Below are positions 31,658 through 41,457 of a stretch of DNA of 64,000 bases, piece after piece. Numbering within the stretch: the stretch's first letter is position 1; each line of letters starts with the position of its first letter. Both the position numbers and the translations under genes were made by a program. The notes below the pieces were generated by a model that saw nothing but the letters and a program-made list of their open reading frames with translations, had not been told where the DNA came from and made no database searches. Source of the stretch: an uncultured Gemmatimonadales bacterium (GTDB taxonomy: Bacteria; Gemmatimonadota; Gemmatimonadetes; Longimicrobiales; Gaopeijiaceae); the NCBI GenBank assembly GCA_963823035.1, contig CAWGKG010000018.1, positions 192,001-256,000 of the forward strand, read 5' to 3'.

Positions 31658-32017
31658 CTACCCTTCCGGCGGCTCCTTCGACTCGCTGCCCTCCCGGTCG
31701 GCGGCAGCCGTGCCGTCGCCGAAGCGGGTCTCCAGCGCGGACACGCGCTCCTTGATCCGCTCGACCGCCTCCCCCAGCACGTCGAACTCCTTCTGGCTCA
31801 CGATATCGAGCCGCTCGCGTGCTCCCTCGGCCGCCTCCTGCGCGCGGTGCAGGGCGCCCTTCATGACCTCCTTCGCCCGATCCGACGACAGATCGCCGCG
31901 CTCGCGGGCCTCGTTGATCGTCTCCTCGAGGGCGTCCTTGAAGGCCGACAGCACGCCGATCCCCTGCTTGATCCCGTCGGACACCTTCGCACGGGCGCTC
32001 TTCTTCTCGTCGCTCAT
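31658..32017 (-). CDS. Phasin/BMFP-like coiled-coil protein
   Basis: ERGDLSSDRAK, LDIVSQKEFD.L...VERIKERVSALE; GAAGGG RBS. Confidence 0.65.
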   Translation of the reverse strand: MSDEKKSARAKVSDGIKQGIGVLSAFKDALEETINEARERGDLSSDRAKEVMKGALHRAQEAAEGARERLDIVSQKEFDVLGEAVERIKERVSALETRFGDGTAAADREGSESKEPPEG

Positions 32018-32111
32018 GGTCGACCCTTCTTCGTGTTCGTTCTTCGGTGAGATCGCGTCCGGCTGTGGCCGTCCGCCGCGTCCACCCCTACGGCGCGCCG
32101 CGCCCAGGGGT

Positions 32112-33392
32112 TCAGTCCTCCGTACGCTCCACGTCGGCCCCCAGGGCCCGCAGGCGCTCGTCGATGCGCTCGTAGCCGCGCTCGATCTGCTTGATGTTCT
32201 TGATGCGGCTCTTGCCGTGTGCGCCCAGGGCCGCGATCAGGAGCGCCATCCCGGCCCGGATGTCCGGGCTTTCGACCACGCCCCCCGTCAGCGGCGACGG
32301 ACCCACCACGACGGCCCGGTGGGGGTCGCACAGGATGATGGACGCGCCCATGCCGACGAGCTTGTCGGTGAAGAACATGCGGGACTCGAACATCTTCTCG
32401 TGCACGAGGACGGTGCCACGGCACTGCGTGGCCGTCACCAGCGCGATCGACGTGAGGTCCGCCGGGAAGGCGGGCCACGGCCCGTCGTCGACCTTCGGGA
32501 CGTGTCCGAACGCCTCCTGTCGGATCACGTGCTCGGCGCTCCCGTTCACGTGGAGGTCGTCGCCCACCGGGGTGCACGCCACGCCGAGGCGCCGGAATCC
32601 GATCAGCGTGGAGTCCAGATGCGCGACGGGCGCGTCCTCGATCACGAGGTCGCTCCCGGTCACGGCGGCCAGGCCGATGAAGGAGCCGGTCTCGATGTGG
32701 TCCGCCCCGAGCCGGAAGCGCGCACCCTTCAGCTCGGATACGCCCTCGATCTCGAGGATGTGGGTACCGACACCCTCGATGTGCGCGCCCATCGCCCGCA
32801 GGAGGCCGCACAGATCCTGCACGTGTGGCTCCGCCGCGGCATTCCGGATCCGCGTCCGCCCCTCGGCGCGCACCGCCGCCATGATCGCATTCTCCGTCCC
32901 GGTCACGGACGGCTCGTCGAGGAAGAAGTCCCCGCCCTTCAGCTTCGCCGCACGGATCGAGAAACCGCCGTTGAGCGTCACCTCCGCACCCAGCGCCTCG
33001 AACGCGAGGAAGTGCGTGTCCATCCGACGCCGGCCGATCACGTCACCGCCGGGAGGCGGGAGCGCGACGTGGCCGAATCGCGCAAGGAGCGGCCCGGCCA
33101 GGAGGAGCGAGGCGCGGATGCGCTCGGCGAGCGCGCGGTCGATGGTGTCCACCTCGACGCCGCGCGGGTCGACCGTGACCGTGTTGTCACCTTCCCACGT
33201 CACGCCCGCACCGAGCGAGGCGACGATCTCCAGGAAGGTCTCGACGTCGCGGATGCGCGGGACGTTCTCGAGGGTGACCGGCTCCCCGGCCAGCACCGTG
33301 GCGGCCAGGCAGGGGAGCGCGGCGTTCTTGTTGCCTGCCGGGCGAACGCGGCCGGACAGCCGCTTTCCGCCTTCGACCAGGAACGTCGCCAT
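32112..33392 (-). CDS. murA: UDP-N-acetylglucosamine 1-carboxyvinyltransferase (Asp-type)
   Basis: GNKNAALP, RASLLLAGPLLAR, PGGDVIGRR, SVTGTEN, NAAAEPHV, PAFPAD, DIRAG, ERGYE. Confidence 0.96.
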   Translation of the reverse strand: MATFLVEGGKRLSGRVRPAGNKNAALPCLAATVLAGEPVTLENVPRIRDVETFLEIVASLGAGVTWEGDNTVTVDPRGVEVDTIDRALAERIRASLLLAGPLLARFGHVALPPPGGDVIGRRRMDTHFLAFEALGAEVTLNGGFSIRAAKLKGGDFFLDEPSVTGTENAIMAAVRAEGRTRIRNAAAEPHVQDLCGLLRAMGAHIEGVGTHILEIEGVSELKGARFRLGADHIETGSFIGLAAVTGSDLVIEDAPVAHLDSTLIGFRRLGVACTPVGDDLHVNGSAEHVIRQEAFGHVPKVDDGPWPAFPADLTSIALVTATQCRGTVLVHEKMFESRMFFTDKLVGMGASIILCDPHRAVVVGPSPLTGGVVESPDIRAGMALLIAALGAHGKSRIKNIKQIERGYERIDERLRALGADVERTED

Positions 33393-33539
33393 GGGAGCCT
33401 TGTCGGCGGGGAGGTCCCGAGGTGCGGCCGGAGAGGGGAGTGTCGCCGTCCCGCCACCGGCCAGGGGCCCCCGAAGATATTCCGATCCCGCCGTGCGGAG
33501 CAACCGATCCATCGCGTCCCTGCCCCTGTCCGTCGCGTC

Positions 33540-33568
33540 TTGACCCCCTTCCTGGGCGGATCTACAAT
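33540..33568 (+). promoter_or_regulatory. Putative sigma-70 promoter of the PTS IIA / PII / antiporter operon
   Basis: TTGACC-17 nt-TACAAT, ending 36 nt upstream of ATG 33605. Confidence 0.65.
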
Positions 33569-33604
33569 CGCGGCAGTTGCTCCCCACCACCCCGGCCCCA
33601 CCTC

Positions 33605-34069
33605 ATGCGCCTCAGCGAGTTCCTTCGGGACGACTTCATCCTCCTCCGCCTGGAGGCCCGGGACGTGGAGGGCGTGGTGCACGAGATGTCCGCCCAGGCG
33701 GACGAGGCCGGCGTCGGCGAGGGGAGCGTGATCGAGGAGAAGCTCCTCGAGCGCGAGCGACTGCATCCCACGGTCATGGGCTCGGGGCTCGCCATTCCGC
33801 ACGCGACCGTTCCCGGCCTGAGTGCGCCCGTGGTGGGCGTGGCCCTCGCCGGCGGAGACCCGATCCCCTTCGGCGGTAGCGAGCAGGAGCCGGTCCGGGT
33901 GTTCTTCGTGCTCCTTTCCCCTCCGGGTCTCGAGCGCGAGCACGTGAAGCTCCTCGCGAGGATCTGTCGGCTCGTGCGCCACGAGGGGTTCATGGACAGC
34001 CTGGAAGCGGCACCCGACGCGCGGAAGGTCATCGAGATCATCCAGACGATCGACGCACAGCACGTATGA
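33605..34069 (+). CDS. Stand-alone PTS IIA domain protein (fructose/mannitol/Ntr type)
   Basis: LLERE..PT.MG.GLAIPHA (phospho-His motif), PIPFG, PVRVFFVLLSP, HVKLLARI.RL. Confidence 0.92.
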   Translation: MRLSEFLRDDFILLRLEARDVEGVVHEMSAQADEAGVGEGSVIEEKLLERERLHPTVMGSGLAIPHATVPGLSAPVVGVALAGGDPIPFGGSEQEPVRVFFVLLSPPGLEREHVKLLARICRLVRHEGFMDSLEAAPDARKVIEIIQTIDAQHV

Positions 34070-34437
34070 CGAGGTCGCCGACGCGGCTTCTCGTGGCGGT
34101 GATCAACGACCCCGAGAAGCTGGACGAGATCCTCTCGGGGTTCCTGGAGCTGGGCGTGACCGGCGCGACGATCATCAACAGCGAGGGGATGGGGCGTCTC
34201 CTCTCGCACGACATCCCGATCTTCGCGGGGCTGCAGACGCTCATCTCCGGGTCGCGCCCCCAGAACCGCACGATCTTCAGCGTCGTCCCGGAGGACCTCG
34301 TGGACGCGTCGCTCGACCTTTTGCAGGAGGTCTGCGGGAACCTCGCCTCCCCCGCCACCGGGATCGTGTTCGTCCTGCCCGTGGAGCGGGTGGTCGGGCT
34401 GGCCCCGGAGCTGGGGGACGCGGACAGTCCGATCTAG
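34066..34437 (+). CDS. P-II-like (GlnB-fold) regulator
   Basis: LGVTGATII.SEGMG, TIFSVV, TGIVFVLPV..VVG; ATGA coupling to the IIA gene. Confidence 0.8.
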   Translation: MTRSPTRLLVAVINDPEKLDEILSGFLELGVTGATIINSEGMGRLLSHDIPIFAGLQTLISGSRPQNRTIFSVVPEDLVDASLDLLQEVCGNLASPATGIVFVLPVERVVGLAPELGDADSPI

Positions 34438-34452
34438 CTCGGCGAGCCGCGC

Positions 34453-35766
34453 ATGGACCCTCTCGTCGGCACGCTCGTCCTCATCTTCCTGGCGCTGCTC
34501 GGCGCTCGTTTCTCCTTCTCCACCGAGCGCGTGCCACAGGGGCCCCGCCTCCTCTTCCGTACCGGGACGCACTTCCTGCTCCTCGGCTTCCTGCTCGGGC
34601 CCTCGGGCCTCGGGCTGCTGTCGGCGCGAGCGACCGCCGAGCTGTCCCCCTTCCTCGCGCTGGGGATGGGGTGGGTGGGGTTCCACTTCGGCCTGCAGCT
34701 CGAGCGCGCCAGCCTGACGCGCTTCCCGCCCGCCTACCACGTGTTCGCGTACGGCCAGGCGCTCGTGACCTTCGGCGTCTTCCTCGGGGGCGCGTACCTC
34801 GCGCTGTCCCTCGTCGCACCGCCCGAGACCTTCTCCCCCCTCCTGCTGCTCGGCGCCGCGGCCACCGCGTGCGTGACGACGCCCGCCGGCATCGCGGTGG
34901 TGTCGTCGAACTTCCTCGTGCGCGGCAACGTCCGCGACCTGCTCCTCTTCACGGGATCGCTGGACGCGGCCGTCGGCGTCTTCGCCCTCCAGGTGACCTA
35001 CGCGCTCTTCCGTCCGGAGCTGCCCGAGGTCCTGGGTGGGCCGGGGCAGCTCGCGCTGGTCGGGGCCGCCGCCGGGCTCGGCGTGGTGATGGCGATCGTG
35101 TTCCTGTGGCTGGTGCGCCGCCGGCCGGCCGGCGAGGAGCTCGTGCTGTTCGTGCTCGGGATCTGCGCCTTCGCCGCGGGCGCCGCGCTCCAGTGGGGCC
35201 TGTCCCCCCTCTTCGTCTCGGTGACGATGGGCGCCGTGGTGGCCAACTTCGGCCGCGACCGCCAGCGCGTGTTCTCGCTCCTGCAGAAGTGGGAGAAGCC
35301 CGTCTACCTCACCTTCCTCCTGCTGGCCGGGGCGCTCCTGCGCACGCCCACGGTCACCGTGGTGCTCCTCGCCGTGGGCTACGCGCTCCTGCGCGCGCTC
35401 TCCAAGGGGGTGGCCGGCGCGGTCGTGTCCACCCTCCCCGTCGGCTTCCCGGTGCCCCGACGCTTCGGGCTCGGGCTCGTCCCACAGGGGGGGATCTCCC
35501 TCGCGATGGCCGTGTCCGGCGTGCTCATGTACCCGCAACTCCAGTTCGGGGGCAACGCCGCGGAGGCCGCGCTGTTCACGGTGATCGTCATCGGGGTGAC
35601 GATCTCCGAGTTGGTCGGCCCCCTCCTCACGGTGCAGCTTCTGCGCAGGGCGGGTGAGATCTCCCCCCAGGTCGAGAAGGCGCTGGCCGAGGGCGACGAG
35701 CGGCGCGCCGAGCGCGAGGCGATCCGGCGCAGCACCCCTCCGACCCGCACGCGCGAGGATCCATGA
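34453..35766 (+). CDS. Cation:proton antiporter (CPA family) membrane protein
   Basis: About 12 TM segments; LLGFLLGPSGLGL, TTPA, SLD, FFL-like FLLLAG, RALSK, GLGLVPQGGISLAMA, ELVGP. Confidence 0.8.
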   Translation: MDPLVGTLVLIFLALLGARFSFSTERVPQGPRLLFRTGTHFLLLGFLLGPSGLGLLSARATAELSPFLALGMGWVGFHFGLQLERASLTRFPPAYHVFAYGQALVTFGVFLGGAYLALSLVAPPETFSPLLLLGAAATACVTTPAGIAVVSSNFLVRGNVRDLLLFTGSLDAAVGVFALQVTYALFRPELPEVLGGPGQLALVGAAAGLGVVMAIVFLWLVRRRPAGEELVLFVLGICAFAAGAALQWGLSPLFVSVTMGAVVANFGRDRQRVFSLLQKWEKPVYLTFLLLAGALLRTPTVTVVLLAVGYALLRALSKGVAGAVVSTLPVGFPVPRRFGLGLVPQGGISLAMAVSGVLMYPQLQFGGNAAEAALFTVIVIGVTISELVGPLLTVQLLRRAGEISPQVEKALAEGDERRAEREAIRRSTPPTRTREDP

Positions 35767-35842
35767 GTCCGGAGCCAGGCCGCGGCCGTGGAGCGGCGAC
35801 GACGGCTTTTCACGGCGTGCCGCCCTCGGTTACACTTCGGCC

Positions 35843-36439
35843 ATGATCCTCCACACGCTGGACGTCCTGCAGGCTGCGGTCCCCGACACGGTGGTCGCCC
35901 TGCAGGTACGCGGGCCGATCGCGGTCGCGACGGACGTCGCGATCCTCGTGGGCGCGCTCGCGATCGCGCTCCTGGCGGCGCTGCTCATGCGGGCCCTCCT
36001 GCGGATGCGGAAGATCGTGGACGAGGTGCGGACCGTGGTGCAACAGAACCTGGGACCCGTCTCCGATCGAGCGCGCGGGATCTCCGACAACGTGGAGTTC
36101 ATCACCGGCGCGCTGCGCACCGACGTGGAGCGGCTCACCGACTCGGTGAAGGCGCTCACCGACCGGCTGCACCAGGCGTCGGACCGCATGGAGGAGCGCA
36201 TCGAGGAGTTCAACGCGCTCATGGAGGTCGTCCAGTCGGAGGCCGAGGACATCTTCATCGACACCGCCGCGACGGTGCGCGGCGTGCGCCAGGGTGTGCG
36301 GGAGGGCACGCGCGCCATCGGACGGCCCCCGCGGAGCGACGCGACCGGAAGAGGCGACGGGCACGGCGAGGGCCCGAAGACGGAAGACGACGTGGAGGCC
36401 GCCGCCGAGCCTACCGTCCCCGGGACGCCTCGGCCCTAG
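35843..36439 (+). CDS. DUF948-like membrane-anchored coiled-coil protein
   Basis: One TM helix followed by a long amphipathic coiled coil; TACACT -10-like box ends 6 nt before the ATG. Confidence 0.7.
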   Translation: MILHTLDVLQAAVPDTVVALQVRGPIAVATDVAILVGALAIALLAALLMRALLRMRKIVDEVRTVVQQNLGPVSDRARGISDNVEFITGALRTDVERLTDSVKALTDRLHQASDRMEERIEEFNALMEVVQSEAEDIFIDTAATVRGVRQGVREGTRAIGRPPRSDATGRGDGHGEGPKTEDDVEAAAEPTVPGTPRP

Positions 36440-36450
36440 CCGACGTGGCC

Positions 36451-37404
36451 ATGGTCCTCGGCGCGCTCCTCGTGGCGGCAGGGTGGCTCCTCCTGGTGCC
36501 GGAGCCCGCCCTGGCGTGGGGTCCCGCCACGCACATCGCGTTGGGCGAGGCGCTCCTCGGGGCGCTCTACCTGGTGCCTCCCGCGGTGCGGGCGATTCTC
36601 GAGACGCACCCCCTGCACTTCCTGTACGGCTCCATCGCCGCGGACATCTCCCTCGCGAAGAAGTACGTGCCCGAAGGGCGACACTGCCACAACTGGGCGG
36701 TCGGAGAGGAGATCCTCGCAGCCGCCGACACCGAGGCGTTGGCCGCGGTGGGATACGGCTACCTCGCGCATCTCGCGGCCGACACGGTCGCGCACAACGT
36801 CTTCGTCCCCAGGCAGCTCCTCCTCACCAGCACCACGCAGGCGCTCGGGCACACGTACTGGGAGCACCGCATGGACATGCACGTCGGCGAGGAGTTCCTC
36901 GGCAAGGCGCGCCGCCTGGTCATGGAGAACGACCATTCGGAGGCCGACGCGCTCTTCGACGACGTGCTCAGCCGGACGATCTTCAGCTTCCGCACCAACC
37001 GCCGGATCTTCCGCGGCATGATCCGCTTCCAGGGCCACGACCGCTGGCAGCGGATCTTCGAGCGCGTGCTGGCCAGCTCCCGCTTCGACCTCCCGGACAC
37101 GACCGTGGACGGGTACTTCGCCTTCGCGTTCGAGCACGTGGTCGCCTATCTGACGGAGCGCGGGGACTCCTTCGCCGGCACGCTCGACCCCGTGGGCGAG
37201 CTCAACCTCCGGCTGGCCAAGAAGGTGCGCCGCCTCACGCTCGCCGACCGCACGGCGGACCACCCGGAGGTCCTTGTCGAGATGGCCGAGGAGTTCTTCC
37301 CGATGCCCTCCGAGCCCCTCCGCTTCTGGCCCCGGCTGGAGGACACGAGCTTCGCGGGGGGAATCACCGCGCGGAAGCAGTCACGGAAGTCGCTGCCCGG
37401 CTGA
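36451..37404 (+). CDS. Zinc-dependent phospholipase C family protein
   Basis: Signal peptide, then mature N-terminus ALA-WGPATH; FLYGSIAAD, CHNW, GYLAHLAADTVAHN.FVP, HTYWE. Confidence 0.85.
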   Translation: MVLGALLVAAGWLLLVPEPALAWGPATHIALGEALLGALYLVPPAVRAILETHPLHFLYGSIAADISLAKKYVPEGRHCHNWAVGEEILAAADTEALAAVGYGYLAHLAADTVAHNVFVPRQLLLTSTTQALGHTYWEHRMDMHVGEEFLGKARRLVMENDHSEADALFDDVLSRTIFSFRTNRRIFRGMIRFQGHDRWQRIFERVLASSRFDLPDTTVDGYFAFAFEHVVAYLTERGDSFAGTLDPVGELNLRLAKKVRRLTLADRTADHPEVLVEMAEEFFPMPSEPLRFWPRLEDTSFAGGITARKQSRKSLPG

Positions 37405-37420
37405 AAGGGCCGCTCGACGC

Positions 37421-39124
37421 TCAGGCGTCTCCTGCCGAGGAGTCACCGCCGTCCTCGTCCACCAAGGCCCAGGCGCGCACCGACGCTTCGCGCAACGAGC
37501 CGAGGACGTTGTCCTCGCCGAAGCGGTCGAGGGCGCCCGACTTCACGAGCACCATCATCGGCTGCGCGCGCACCCCCGACAGGAGGAGGTGGGTACCCTG
37601 GCGCGCGAAGCGGTGGTGCACCTCCTCCAGCGCTCGCAGGCCGGTGGCGTCCATCGCGAACACGTCCCTCATGCGCAGGATGACCACGCGGGGCTGGCGC
37701 TGGATCTCCTCCAGGGCCTCGCTGAAGCGCTGGGCCGCGCCGAAGAAGAACGACCCGGCGATCTCGAACACCTCGGTGCCGGGCGGCAGCACCACGTCGG
37801 GGTTCTCGGCCTCGAACCCCTGCCGCTCCCCCTGCCCGAGCTCTCCAGTGACGGCCCGCACCTCGCTGACCTCCGCCATCCGCCTCATGAAGAGGAGCGC
37901 GGCCATCACCACGCCTACCTGGATGGCCACGGTCAGGTCCACCAGGACCGTCAGGGCGAAGGTGCTGAGCAGGACCATGACGTCGCTGCGCGGGCCCCGG
38001 AGCAGCCCGATGAAGAGGCGCCACTCGCTCATGTTGTAGGCGACCACCAGAAGGATGCCGGCGAGCGTGGCCATGGGGATGACCGCCACCCACCGACCCA
38101 GGAGGACGAGGACGAGCAGGAGGGTCGCCGCGTGCACCATGCCCGCCACGGGCGTACGCCCGCCGTTCTTCACGTTGGTGGCGGTGCGGGCGATCGCGCC
38201 GGTGGCCGGGATTCCCCCGAAGAGCGGCGTGATGAGGTTCGCCACGCCCTGTGCCACCAGCTCCGCGTTCGGTCGGTGCCTACGGCCGGTCATGCCGTCG
38301 GCGACCACCGCGCTGAGCAGCGACTCGATGCCCGCGAGGAGCGCGATCGACAGCGCCGGCGAGAAAAGGTGCGGGAGCTGCGCCAGGTCCACGTGGGGGA
38401 GCCGGGGAACGGGAAGCGACGTCGGGACGGATCCGAAGCGGGAGCCGATCGTCTCCACGGGGAGGTGCAGCGCCCCCGCGAGCAGCGACGTCGCGAGCAG
38501 CGCCACCAGCGGGCCGGGGATCCGCGAGCCGATCCGGGGCCAGACGACCACCACCGCGACGGTGGCCGCGCACAGGAGGACGGCCCACGCGTTCCACGTG
38601 CCGAGCGACTCGGCGTACACCGCCATGCGCTCCACGAAGTTCGTCGGCGTGCGCGCGAGGGTGAGGCCGGCGCCGTCGGCGACCTGGCCGATGCCGATGA
38701 TCAGCGCGATGCCGGTGGTGAAGCCCACCGTGACCGGGTAGGGGATGAAGCGGATGACCGCGCCGAGCCGGGCGATCCCCATGGCGACCAGGAGCGCGCC
38801 CGCGAGCAGCGTGGCCACTGCCAGCCCGTCGTAGCCGAACTCCTGGACCACACCGAACACGAGCACGACGAACGCGCCGGTCGGGCCGCCGATCTGGACG
38901 CGGCTGCCGCTGAGCGCGGAGATGAGGAAGCCGGCCACGATCGCCGTGTACAGACCCTGCTCCGGACGCACGCCGGAGGCGATCGCGAAGGCGATCGCGA
39001 GCGGAATGGCGACGATGCCGACCACGACGCCGGCGAGCGCGTCGTGCAGGAAGTCCCGGCGATGATAGCCCTCGCGCAGGACGGTGAGGAGCTTGGGCTC
39101 GAGCTCGGAGGCCCGGAGGGTCAT
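37421..39124 (-). CDS. SulP/SLC26 anion permease with C-terminal STAS domain
   Basis: DALAG.VVGIVAIPLAIAFAIASG, QIGGPTGAF, IESLLSAVVADG, ATGAIARTA.N, GSFFFGAA, MDATG. Confidence 0.95.
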   Translation of the reverse strand: MTLRASELEPKLLTVLREGYHRRDFLHDALAGVVVGIVAIPLAIAFAIASGVRPEQGLYTAIVAGFLISALSGSRVQIGGPTGAFVVLVFGVVQEFGYDGLAVATLLAGALLVAMGIARLGAVIRFIPYPVTVGFTTGIALIIGIGQVADGAGLTLARTPTNFVERMAVYAESLGTWNAWAVLLCAATVAVVVVWPRIGSRIPGPLVALLATSLLAGALHLPVETIGSRFGSVPTSLPVPRLPHVDLAQLPHLFSPALSIALLAGIESLLSAVVADGMTGRRHRPNAELVAQGVANLITPLFGGIPATGAIARTATNVKNGGRTPVAGMVHAATLLLVLVLLGRWVAVIPMATLAGILLVVAYNMSEWRLFIGLLRGPRSDVMVLLSTFALTVLVDLTVAIQVGVVMAALLFMRRMAEVSEVRAVTGELGQGERQGFEAENPDVVLPPGTEVFEIAGSFFFGAAQRFSEALEEIQRQPRVVILRMRDVFAMDATGLRALEEVHHRFARQGTHLLLSGVRAQPMMVLVKSGALDRFGEDNVLGSLREASVRAWALVDEDGGDSSAGDA

Positions 39125-39171
39125 GTGCGAGGGGGAAAGGGGTCAGCGCGGAATAGACGACGCCGCGATGC

Positions 39172-41457
39172 CTATGGCCAGTCCTTCTCCAGGTTGGCAT
39201 ACCGCACGAGCAGCTTCTTCCTACCGACGTCGTCGAAGTCCACGGTGACCTTGAGGTCGCGGCCGAACCCCGTGACCTCCACGACCGCGCCCGAGCCGAA
39301 CGTCTCGTGCACCACGCGCTCGCCCTTCACGTAGCGCGGCACGTCCTGGTTCACCCCGACGTCGGCGTCGAGGTCCGGCTCGTAGTACACCCCGGTTTCC
39401 TCCCGCGCCGCGCTGCGACCGCCGCGATGCGGCGTGGAGGAGGCCGCGATGCGGAGCCGATCGCTCATCCGCTCCTCGCGCAGCTCGGTGGGGAGCGCGT
39501 CGAGGAAGGAGGAGAGCGTTCCGTAGGTGAAATCCCCCGCCCTGCGCCGCTGACGCGCCCAGGTGAGGTTCAGCTTCTCCTCCGCACGCGTGATCCCGAC
39601 GTAGAAGAGCCGTCGCTCCTCCTCGAGCGTATCCGGATCGTCGTAGGCGCGGCTGAGCGGGAAGAGGCCATCCTCCATCCCGGCGATGTACACCACCGGG
39701 AACTCGAGACCCTTGGCGTTGTGCAGCGTCATGAGCGTGACGGTGTCGGCGTCGGGGTCGAGGTGGTCGATGTCCGCGACCAGGGCCACCTGCTGCAGGA
39801 AGAGGTCGAGCTCCGTGAAGGTGTCGAGGTCGTCGTCCGCGGCGCCGTCCACCACCTCGACGTCGAAGTCGAGCGCGCCCGCGATCAGCTCCGCCACGTT
39901 GCGCGCGCGGTCCTCCCCCTCCGGTCCCTCGTCCATGAGATGGCGGCCGAGGTCGAGCTCCTCGACCAGCTCCTCGAGCAGCTCGCCGACACGCGCCTGC
40001 GTGGCCCGCAGCGAGTACTTCTGGATGAGCGCGGCGAACGACTGCAGGCCGCGCACGCCGCCCGCCGGCACGTCCGGCGCCTCTTCGGCACGGGCGGCCG
40101 CGTCGAGGAGGGCGAGGCCGGCCACCCCGGCCCATTCGGTCAGTCGCTGCTGCGAGGCCAGCCCGATCCCGCGGCGCGGGTAGTTCACCACCCGGTCGAA
40201 GGCCACCGCGTCGCGGGGGTTGGAGATCAGGCGCAGGTAGGCGAGCACGTCCTGGATCTCCCTGCGCTCGTAGAAGCGCACGCTGCCGACCACCTGGTAG
40301 GCCACACCCTCCCGGCGGAAGGCGTCTTCGAGCGCACGGGCCTGGGCGTTGGTGCGGTAGAGCACCGCGAAGGAGCAGTAACGCAGCGTGGGTTCGTCGC
40401 GGAAGCGGGCCTGGATGTCGCCGACGATCCAGCGCGCCTCGTCACCCTCGTCGAAGGTCTCGACGACCGTGATCGGCTCGCCGGCGGTGCGCTCCGTGCG
40501 CAGGGTCTTCCCCTTCCGGTTCACGTTCTCGGCGATGACCGCGTTGGCGGCGTCGAGGATGCGCTGCGTGGAGCGGTAGTTCCGCTCGAGGCGTACCACG
40601 CGCGCCCCGGCGAAGGTGCTCTCGAAATCCAGGATGTTGCGGATGTCGGCGCCCCGCCATCCGTAGATCGACTGGTCGTCGTCGCCGACCACCATGAGGT
40701 TGGCGTGATCGGCGGCGAGCAGCTCCAGGAAGCGGAACTGCGCGCGGTTCGTGTCCTGGTACTCGTCGACGAGGATGAACGCGAAACGCTCGCGGTAGGA
40801 TTCGAGCAGCGCGGGGTTCTGCTCGAAAAGCTCCACCGGCTTCATGAGCAGGTCGTCGAAGTCGAAGGCGTTCTGGTCGTGCAGCGCTTCCTGGTAGGGC
40901 GCGAACACCCGCGCGACGTTGCGCACGAAGAGGTCGAACGAGCCCTCGGTGTCGCGCACGAACGCCTCCGCGTTCACGAGCTGGTTCTTGGCGTTGCTGA
41001 TCTCGCCGCGCAGCGCCTTCGGACTCCAGCGCTTCGGGTCGAGGCCCACCTGCTCCTCCACGCGCTTCACGAGGCGGAGCGACTGCTCCGCGTCGAAGAT
41101 CGAGAAGGTGCGGTCCCAACCGAGGCGGTCGGCGTGGCGCCGCAGGATACGCGCCCCGACGGCGTGGAAGGTGCCGACCCACATCCCGGCCGGCGCCGCG
41201 CCGAGCATGCGGGCGATACGCTCTCGCATCTCGCCGGCGGCCTTGTTCGTGAACGTCACCGCGAGGATGCGGCCGGGCGGGACGCCGTGCTCGCGCACCA
41301 GGTGGCAGATGCGTGACGTGAGCACGCGCGTCTTCCCGGAGCCGGCGCCCGCGAGGACCAGGATCGGTCCCTCGAAGTGCTCCGTGGCCTCGCGCTGTTC
41401 GGGGTTCAGGCCCTCCAGGTGTGCGGTCCCGTCGAAGAGGGAGGGCTTGTCAGGCAT
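39172..41457 (-). CDS. uvrD: UvrD/PcrA family ATP-dependent DNA helicase
   Basis: LAGAGSGKT, TFTNKAA, VDEYQDTN, VGDDDQSIYGWRGA, NYRS, TLHNAKGLEF, EERRLFYVGITRA; Tudor-like C-terminus. Confidence 0.95.
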   Translation of the reverse strand: MPDKPSLFDGTAHLEGLNPEQREATEHFEGPILVLAGAGSGKTRVLTSRICHLVREHGVPPGRILAVTFTNKAAGEMRERIARMLGAAPAGMWVGTFHAVGARILRRHADRLGWDRTFSIFDAEQSLRLVKRVEEQVGLDPKRWSPKALRGEISNAKNQLVNAEAFVRDTEGSFDLFVRNVARVFAPYQEALHDQNAFDFDDLLMKPVELFEQNPALLESYRERFAFILVDEYQDTNRAQFRFLELLAADHANLMVVGDDDQSIYGWRGADIRNILDFESTFAGARVVRLERNYRSTQRILDAANAVIAENVNRKGKTLRTERTAGEPITVVETFDEGDEARWIVGDIQARFRDEPTLRYCSFAVLYRTNAQARALEDAFRREGVAYQVVGSVRFYERREIQDVLAYLRLISNPRDAVAFDRVVNYPRRGIGLASQQRLTEWAGVAGLALLDAAARAEEAPDVPAGGVRGLQSFAALIQKYSLRATQARVGELLEELVEELDLGRHLMDEGPEGEDRARNVAELIAGALDFDVEVVDGAADDDLDTFTELDLFLQQVALVADIDHLDPDADTVTLMTLHNAKGLEFPVVYIAGMEDGLFPLSRAYDDPDTLEEERRLFYVGITRAEEKLNLTWARQRRRAGDFTYGTLSSFLDALPTELREERMSDRLRIAASSTPHRGGRSAAREETGVYYEPDLDADVGVNQDVPRYVKGERVVHETFGSGAVVEVTGFGRDLKVTVDFDDVGRKKLLVRYANLEKDWP

